Of a stretch of DNA of 13,300 nt, positions 7,088-13,300 are shown in pieces. The position numbers were made by a program, and so were the translations under genes. Within the stretch, counting starts at the first letter, position 1; every line of letters begins with the position of its first letter. Below the pieces are notes generated by a model. It ran no database searches and was not told where the DNA came from. It saw only the letters and a list, made by a program, of their open reading frames with translations. Source of the stretch: Candidatus Thorarchaeota archaeon (lineage in GTDB: Archaea; Asgardarchaeota; Thorarchaeia; Thorarchaeales; Thorarchaeaceae); contig JAOUFI010000058.1 of assembly GCA_029858305.1 (NCBI GenBank), positions 1 through 13,300 on the forward strand. The letters run 5' to 3'.

Positions 7088-7290
7088 AGGTCATTTTGTG
7101 TTACTCTCGTATAATTCAGCGGATTTAGATTAATAACATTGGAGAAGAGTTCAATTCGAGACAGGCGGCACAAGCTGGGGCACTATTGCTAAGGCTGCAG
7201 TAGGAATATTGAACATGGCTTTTGTCTGAAGAGATATTGGCAGGGTCGCTGGGTCAGTTCCTCGTGATATTTTCCTAGTTACTCACCTTC

Positions 7291-10200
7291 TCACGACGAT
7301 TTTCGCGGCAACCTGCCCTCTCTGGCCAAGATTATGATAATCACTGCAAATGCTACGCTTGCCACCGAAACGCCGGCAGCCGCCATCATTGGGATATCTA
7401 GAGTTCCTGCGACTCCAGTTGTGGTTGTTGTACTAGTTGCTTGGAGGACAGTCACGAGGACCGAATCGCTCATCACATGATTTCCTGCGTCAAACACAAG
7501 CAGAAGATACGAGTAGAGACCTGAGTCAAGGTCGTCCACAGAAACAACTATCTGTTCCGAGCTACTGTTCCAAAGCCCCTGCATAATGACAACACCATTC
7601 CTAACTACTTCATACGAACGTGGATTGTCATCGAATGCTTGCCACGTGATTGAGTTGCCTACCTCTCCTTCTGTGTAAGTCACATCATCTGGATGATTGA
7701 TTGATGGGACGGTCACATCGAGGACGACAATCACGATATCAGCCGAGCAGTAGTGACCATAACTGTCATACGCTCTAACCTCGAGCAGAGTTTCGCCGCA
7801 AGGAAGTGAAACATTGTTAGTCACGACTCCCTCATCATCTACACTGAAATTGGCTGTATCGCTGACCCAATAGTGGTCGATGCCTGATGCGTCATAGGCT
7901 TGAATTAGAAGTATGCCCCTCTCTCCATAGTTGACGTACACTGTAGCTGGCACTGCTACCCAAGTGGGGGCTTGTGTGTCAATCACCTCGATGCGAATAA
8001 TTCCTGTCAGGATCTGGCCAAGAGTATCGTTTACAGAGACTGTGATATGGTAGACACCTACAGGCAGGAGAACATTCGACGTCACGATGCCCGCAGAGCT
8101 AATTGAGAATCGACCGGTGTCATTCAGCCACCATGTGTCAAGACCCGAGTAGTCTGTTGCATTGAGGTCATAGTAGAACGCTTCGCCCGCCTCAACCAGC
8201 TGGTCGGTAAGCGCATGAGTCCAATATGGCCCGTCAGTGTCTAGGACTGTCAATGTGAATGTGGCAGAACAATAGTGACCATAGTGGTCAAGGCCCCTCA
8301 CTTCAAGCGCATATTTTCCAGCTGGAATCTCAGTGATGTTTGTCAGCACACCGCTCCCGTCTATGGTCACAATGGCTGTGTTGTTCACCCAATATCCAGC
8401 AATTTCACTGTAACCAACAGCCTCCAGATCCATATAGAGGGTTTCGTAGTATTGAATTGTTACATTACTCGGGGCTATCGACCACGTGATATAGGGCCCC
8501 TTCATGGGCAGAATTAACGGGCGTGAATCCTCTGAGCCAGTAGTCCCTGGTATAGAATACGGTGTATCACCAAAGCCATCGTAGTCATTGTCGAGACCGC
8601 CATAGTCAGCGTAATAGTTCTCACTTATGGTGTTCTGAATACCACTGTCCTGCGCATTATTTGTGTTGTTGAAGTCGTTCCAAGACACAGTCACATTGCT
8701 GGACTGACTACCCAGTATCAGACCCCACGTATTACCGGTGAGAGTGTTGTTTCTGACGACACTGAACTCTGCTGAGAGCAGGTTCAGGGCATTTTCGGTG
8801 CCTGTTAGGAGATTCTGTTCAATTGTCAAATCAGTTGAATCCTCGACATGAATAGCCTCTGAATACTGTATGAATGAATTGTTTGAAAAGCTACAGAGGC
8901 TGCTGTTCTGAATATAGACTCCGTACAAGCCAAGAGGGAATGTGTTGTTGGCTATCACTCCATTTGTAACATTCCAGAGATCTATCCCGGTCCCATCTAC
9001 AGTGTCGTCGTAATCAATAATTGTGCAGTTGCGGATGGTGAAGTTTGCTCTTGTGTTTTGAATGATGATACCAGTGGGTTTACTCCAGTAGGTCAAAATA
9101 TACAAGCCTTCTATAACGTAAGGCTCCTCAATAGTGCCTTCTCCAGGCCATCCTTGCGATACGAAGTCGTCATCACTAAGGATCTCTATTGTGAAGTCAA
9201 CGATTTGACAGAGTATCGTGTGCCGGTTGTCTTCGGTTCTACTCTCTCCAGAAACCTCATCGATAGCCACTGTGAAATTATAGATGCCACTTCGACTCGG
9301 TGTCCATGCATAGTCGTAAGTATAGAGAGTACTCCTATTCAGAATAGGGAAGAGGTCGACGAACACTTGCTGGCCATTCAGATACAATCTCATAATCACA
9401 TAGTTCTCTAAAGATGTACCCGTGTTCAGTATGGAAAGCGTGACGGGCCTTTCATAGCCGGGGAGATCGGGTGTCCATGTGTGAACATGTGACCACACAT
9501 CATGTTCCTGGGTAGCCTGAGCCAGCCACATGAAGGAATTCACACCTAAGCCAAGATTCACAGCACCGTAGGCGTTGGAAACCATATCATTGTCGCTCAT
9601 ACAGACTATCTTGCCTAATCCAATCTGCGAGGCGGCCAGCAAGTGATGACCACCACTGTATTCCATCAGACCTATTGCAGGCCACGTTATATTGAGTCCA
9701 GCACGAGCATCCAAAGCTTGGAAAGACTCGAGTCCTTTTGTGACCGGATGATAAATCTGGTACGGACTGGCCATGCCCACAGACGCGACAATCCACTCAA
9801 TACCAGCAAAGTCAGTGAGGGTGTTGAAGATACTCTCGTCAAGGTCTGCCATCACAAGCAGCCCACCACCTGCAAGAACGAAGTCATGAATTGCGTCGGT
9901 CTCATTTGTGGAATAAGTCAGGGTTGGCTGGGCAATCACAAGTACCGTGTATCCCTGTAGCGAAGAAGCATTGATTGGTCCAGAAGAGAGTGTATCTGTG
10001 ACAAAACCAATCGATCCAATCTCTGCAATGAGGCTGGAGAATTGAGATGGTGCTTGATTGCCATGGATCATGTCCCAGAGGACGTATGTTTCATCACCAG
10101 CGCCGATAGGATTAGACTGGAGGTCGTTTCTTGTGGGCGTTCCTCCTGAAAATGGTCCTGGCTCTGAAATCGATGTATATGATCCATCGCTAGGCACCGA

Positions 10201-10338
10201 AATAGAAACAGGAAGAAGCAGAGCAATACAGATTGATACAAGAACCGGAACAATCCGAACGAGGTCAGTTTTCCGCACGTATTGATGTCTGTTCTTCTTC
10301 AACCTACAGATTTTACGTTCTCCTGCATTACTCACCAT
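7291..10338 (-). CDS. Large membrane-anchored cell-surface glycoprotein: signal/TM, GIFT/DUF4350-like domain, CARDB-like domain, right-handed beta-helix (NosD-like), four Ig-like repeats, Thr linker, C-terminal TM
   Basis: Hydrophobic N-terminal segment; VLWDMIHG...YTVLVIAQP...AIHDFVLAGGGLLVMAD; Asn-ladder repeats with GWPGEGTIEEPYVIEG and NYYADYGGLDNDYDGFGDTPY; ~88-aa repeats ending V.DT..P; TSTTTTT followed by a TM helix and basic tail; many N-x-S/T sequons. Confidence 0.88.
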   Translation of the reverse strand: MVSNAGERKICRLKKNRHQYVRKTDLVRIVPVLVSICIALLLPVSISVPSDGSYTSISEPGPFSGGTPTRNDLQSNPIGAGDETYVLWDMIHGNQAPSQFSSLIAEIGSIGFVTDTLSSGPINASSLQGYTVLVIAQPTLTYSTNETDAIHDFVLAGGGLLVMADLDESIFNTLTDFAGIEWIVASVGMASPYQIYHPVTKGLESFQALDARAGLNITWPAIGLMEYSGGHHLLAASQIGLGKIVCMSDNDMVSNAYGAVNLGLGVNSFMWLAQATQEHDVWSHVHTWTPDLPGYERPVTLSILNTGTSLENYVIMRLYLNGQQVFVDLFPILNRSTLYTYDYAWTPSRSGIYNFTVAIDEVSGESRTEDNRHTILCQIVDFTIEILSDDDFVSQGWPGEGTIEEPYVIEGLYILTYWSKPTGIIIQNTRANFTIRNCTIIDYDDTVDGTGIDLWNVTNGVIANNTFPLGLYGVYIQNSSLCSFSNNSFIQYSEAIHVEDSTDLTIEQNLLTGTENALNLLSAEFSVVRNNTLTGNTWGLILGSQSSNVTVSWNDFNNTNNAQDSGIQNTISENYYADYGGLDNDYDGFGDTPYSIPGTTGSEDSRPLILPMKGPYITWSIAPSNVTIQYYETLYMDLEAVGYSEIAGYWVNNTAIVTIDGSGVLTNITEIPAGKYALEVRGLDHYGHYCSATFTLTVLDTDGPYWTHALTDQLVEAGEAFYYDLNATDYSGLDTWWLNDTGRFSISSAGIVTSNVLLPVGVYHITVSVNDTLGQILTGIIRIEVIDTQAPTWVAVPATVYVNYGERGILLIQAYDASGIDHYWVSDTANFSVDDEGVVTNNVSLPCGETLLEVRAYDSYGHYCSADIVIVVLDVTVPSINHPDDVTYTEGEVGNSITWQAFDDNPRSYEVVRNGVVIMQGLWNSSSEQIVVSVDDLDSGLYSYLLLVFDAGNHVMSDSVLVTVLQATSTTTTTGVAGTLDIPMMAAAGVSVASVAFAVIIIILAREGRLPRKSS

Positions 10339-10485
10339 TCCACGCGAGCCCCTTTCTTTTGTATCTATTATGCCCTTTGACTTAAGCTTTGCTTTCGGAA
10401 ACCAACTGTTTGCGGAACCTGCTCTCAGGCTCCGAATACGATATTAGCAAGGAAATGATACTATTTGCAAGGTTAGGTGCTGAGT

Positions 10486-10650
10486 TTGGATGAGATAGAC
10501 AAAGGAATCCTCTTTGGACTGATGTTCAACTGCAGAACACCATATGTTCGAGCGTATATTCGGGGGAGATTTTCCTCACCAATCCTCGTATTGTTTAGGT
10601 ATCTCATCAGTTACTTGAGTGCAAGATATGGAGAATTAATCTTGACATAA
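10486..10650 (+). pseudogene. Truncated Lrp/AsnC-type HTH relic
   Basis: Translates (M/L)DEIDKGILFGLMFNCRTPY then unrelated sequence to TAA at 10648-10650. The first 20 codons (10486-10545) match LDHIDKQILLMLVGNCRTPY of the downstream regulator. AGGTG RBS-like at 10475-10479. Confidence 0.7.
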
Positions 10651-10756
10651 GGATTCTTGTGCTCACTCGCTCGAAAGGTTGGTGGAATGAGTAATTTGCA
10701 AATCCCATATTCGCCAATCAATAGATTCATGAAGTTGTTTTCTGATAATTCTTTTG

Positions 10757-11671
10757 ATGACCAAACTAGACCATATTGACAAGCAGATACTTCTCATGCT
10801 AGTTGGCAATTGCAGGACGCCATATCGAGAGATTGCCAAATCTCTAGGAATGTCCGCTACTGCCATCAAGAGCAGAGTCGATGACTTGGTCGTTAATGGA
10901 ATTGTGACAGAATTCACCATTGAGTTCTCGCCAGCAATGATTGGTTCTGAATACATGATGGCCTGGTTGAAAACAGACACCACAGAAGATAGAGCGCAAT
11001 TCATTTCAAAGATTGCTACGAATAGAGGCGTGAGACAGGTTGTTCCCCTTTATGGAGGGGACTACTTAATTATTGCAGAGTATGCAAGCTCGCTCGAGCT
11101 GGCCACTCTTGCTGAAGCTCTCAAGAGCAACCCTCATGTCAGTTTCACTGAAATTCATACTCTGCTCGTTCAACGAGGCAAGAAAACGAACTTGACGAAT
11201 CTTCAGCTAAGGGTCCTCAAAGCACTCCTTACGGATGCCAGGATGTTGATTACTGACATCGCAAGAGATACTGGTCTGACAGTGCGCCTTGTCCGAAAGA
11301 CATTACGAGAACTAGAAGAGAGCGAGGCAATTAGATTCTCACTCAGATGGCGTCTTAATGTTAGTGATAGGGTTACCTTTATTCTAAAATTAAAATGGGA
11401 CCCAAAGCGTGCTTCAAGGAATGAAATCATGGATTTGCTGCAAAAGAACTACAAGGACGAACTCTGGGATATCCTTGCATCTGCAAGTGACCCAATTCTG
11501 ATTGGTATTGCTATTGTTGACAACCTGAATCATGTTGACATGATTACAACCGAGATTAGATCACATCCTGCGATGCTATATTCTGAAGCCATCATGTACA
11601 GACCGCCGCTTAATTGCAAGAGCCTAAGGAGACTCACTCTTGAGGAAGCCGTTCAGGCTGCAGGAGTCTAG
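10757..11671 (+). CDS. Tandem (internally duplicated) Lrp/AsnC-family transcriptional regulator
   Basis: Two HTH-plus-RAM-like units: LDHIDKQIL..L..NCRTPYREIAKSLGMSATAIKSRVDDL...GIV and LTNLQLRVLKALLTDARM..TDIARDTGLTVRLVRKTLREL. The start is ATG 10757 or TTG 10754. Confidence 0.9.
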   Translation: MTKLDHIDKQILLMLVGNCRTPYREIAKSLGMSATAIKSRVDDLVVNGIVTEFTIEFSPAMIGSEYMMAWLKTDTTEDRAQFISKIATNRGVRQVVPLYGGDYLIIAEYASSLELATLAEALKSNPHVSFTEIHTLLVQRGKKTNLTNLQLRVLKALLTDARMLITDIARDTGLTVRLVRKTLRELEESEAIRFSLRWRLNVSDRVTFILKLKWDPKRASRNEIMDLLQKNYKDELWDILASASDPILIGIAIVDNLNHVDMITTEIRSHPAMLYSEAIMYRPPLNCKSLRRLTLEEAVQAAGV

Positions 11672-11809
11672 ATAAACGCAATCAAGTCACTATGTAAAGC
11701 GCGTTCTTTACAAATTGACACTTTTCGAGCCTCTTCTGATATTCTTATCAACTTCATACCTGACACAGCTAGATATCCTGTTTTGCAGATGATTTTCTTG
11801 TGAATCACT

Positions 11810-12043
11810 ATGACAGAATCACGAGAAAAACCGAAGGAACGTGAAGACCACACTGTGGTTGAGATTCATGGGCTGAGTAATCTACAGTTACCAATGAACT
11901 CGTTCTTCGCATTCCTAGGTCCAAACGGTGCTGTCAGGAGGATTAAGCTATTCTTTGATCTAACTCAACACACATCGGGCGGCGAACTATTCTTGGTCAT
12001 GAACTCACAACGGAAAACAAATGAATATTGGTTTAGGAGGTAA
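11810..12043 (+). pseudogene. Degenerate ABC ATPase N-terminal fragment
   Basis: VVEIHGLS-NLQLPMNSFFAFLGPNGA-VRRIKLFFDLTQHTSGG aligns with the N-terminus of ABC ATPases, but the Walker A GK[ST] residues and about 10 upstream residues are missing and the rest of the domain is absent. Confidence 0.65.
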
Positions 12044-12047
12044 AAAA

Positions 12048-12992
12048 TTGGATGAAGTGATTATTAAAGGTTTAACGAAGAGATTTGACGACTTAACAGC
12101 CGTCGATCATATTGAGCTGAATGTCCCTGAAGGCTCGATCTACGGGCTATTAGGACCAAATGGCGCGGGTAAGTCCACATCAATTCGGCTTCTCTGCACG
12201 CTTCTCACACCTAGTGAAGGCACAGCATGCATAGGGGGCTTTGATATCATCGAATCACCAGTAAGTGTTCGAGAGATAACTGGTGTAATGCCAGAAGAGA
12301 GCAATCATACTCTCTATTCCACAATGTCCACCTATGAGAATTTGGAGTACTTTGGGAAGCTCTATGGAATTCCTGATGCAGAGATACCTGAAAGGATCGA
12401 GGAGCTACTGAATTTCATGGGGCTTTGGGAACGAAAGGATGATCCTGCTGGAGAGTTGAGCACAGGCAATCGCCAGCGTCTTGCGTTATGTCGTGCTTTG
12501 CTTCACCGACCAAAGGTGCTCTTGTTGGATGAGCCGACATCTGCATTAGATCCCATTGCCGCTAAAAAGGTTCGAGAACTTATCCTTAGTCTTGCTAAGA
12601 AGTATAGACAAACTTTCTTCATCAACTCACACAATCTAGCGGAGGTTCAGAGAATCTGCGACAGGATTGCAATCATCGATAAGGGCCGGATTTTACTTAG
12701 TGGCAAGACAAAAGAGCTTCAGTCTAAATTGCAGGCTAGCCAGAATTTTACGATTCGTGTTACTGATGATCTAGAAAAGGCTCTATCTATTGCCAAATCC
12801 ATGTCATTCGTGACATCTGCTGAGAAAGAAGTCGACTCTCTCCAGGTTACCATTGAGGATCCAATAGGCAATAACTCAACTTTGATGCAATCGCTACTGT
12901 CTCAGGGAGTCAGAATTATCGAATTTGCGGAAGAAGCGGCGACACTAGAAGACCTGTACCTTGATGTCATAAAAGGAGGTGTCAACCAATGA
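12048..12992 (+). CDS. ABC-2 type exporter ATP-binding protein (DrrA/NatA-like) with C-terminal accessory domain
   Basis: Walker A GPNGAGKST, signature LSTGNRQR, Walker B LLLDEPT, switch NSH, C-terminal TLEDLYL. AGGAGGT at 12035-12041 favours the in-frame TTG 12048 as start over ATG 12021. Confidence 0.95.
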   Translation: MDEVIIKGLTKRFDDLTAVDHIELNVPEGSIYGLLGPNGAGKSTSIRLLCTLLTPSEGTACIGGFDIIESPVSVREITGVMPEESNHTLYSTMSTYENLEYFGKLYGIPDAEIPERIEELLNFMGLWERKDDPAGELSTGNRQRLALCRALLHRPKVLLLDEPTSALDPIAAKKVRELILSLAKKYRQTFFINSHNLAEVQRICDRIAIIDKGRILLSGKTKELQSKLQASQNFTIRVTDDLEKALSIAKSMSFVTSAEKEVDSLQVTIEDPIGNNSTLMQSLLSQGVRIIEFAEEAATLEDLYLDVIKGGVNQ

Positions 12993-13300
12993 CTCTAAGG
13001 AAATCGATGCTCGTTGCCAGAGCTGACCTACGAATGGCAATGAAAGTAAAGATGGTCAAGTATAGTCTTGTTATTATGGCTGCGATGGCACCTGTCATGT
13101 TAATTGGACTTGTCTTGCTGTTTGCACTATCAGCGCCTGCAATTGTAGTGGCTACCATAGCAATGCTAGATCCAATCATGTCGCCCATGATTGGTATTAT
13201 GACCATCGTTCCAGCGACTCTAATCTCTGCTAATGCTCTTGTAGGTGAAAGAGAACAGAACACTCTTGAGCCACTTCTATGCACACCCTTAACAAACCGC
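12989..13300 (+). CDS. ABC-2 type exporter permease, N-terminal part (runs off the window's right edge)
   Basis: Not in the ORF track. ATGA overlap with the ATPase stop and RBS AGGAGGTG at 12974-12981. Translates MTLRKSMLVARADLRMAMK...TM...SANALVGEREQNTLEPLLCTPLTNR, containing the ABC-2 permease GERE..TLE.LL..P motif. Confidence 0.92.
   Translation, partial: MTLRKSMLVARADLRMAMKVKMVKYSLVIMAAMAPVMLIGLVLLFALSAPAIVVATIAMLDPIMSPMIGIMTIVPATLISANALVGEREQNTLEPLLCTPLTNR

Noticed and set aside
7249-7268. CTGGGTCAGTTCCTCGTGAT as a sixth repeat copy in a convergent spacer
   Set aside because: Needs two indels and several mismatches; too degenerate to support without a genome-wide model.
12982-13284. 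ORF-track ORF 12982..13284 (-) and other short antisense or overlapping ORFs (e.g. 621..1025, 3600..3986, 5658..6008, 9058..9411, 10663..11004)
   Set aside because: They overlap well-supported genes on the opposite strand or another frame and show no recognisable motifs.

Overview
Archaeal-looking window. The protein repertoire (tandem Lrp/AsnC regulator, GIFT/beta-helix/Ig surface glycoprotein, GGTGA/GGAGGTG ribosome-binding sites) suggests Asgard archaea, possibly Thorarchaeia; this is inference only. From left to right: the 5' part of an acyl-CoA dehydrogenase (- strand, missed by the ORF track), an atypical SDR/epimerase, a 4-TM membrane protein, an ICMT/Ste14-like membrane methyltransferase, an LCM/TcmP-like SAM methyltransferase, a stand-alone 7-TM protein, two small hypotheticals divergent from a winged-helix regulator, a 1015-aa surface glycoprotein, a tandem Lrp/AsnC regulator and an ABC-2 exporter (ATPase plus start of the permease). 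The most notable signal is a ~20-26 bp motif (consensus YTGCDTATAGTTCCTTCRTA) in the same orientation in four consecutive intergenic spacers (424, 1509, 2291, 3209). Each interval holds exactly one unrelated accessory gene, and the motif sits in both divergent and convergent spacers. This resembles a gene-cassette array with recombination sites that are neither attC nor CRISPR repeats. No recombinase is encoded in the window. Two decayed gene relics (Lrp HTH and ABC ATPase) each lie just upstream of an intact paralog.
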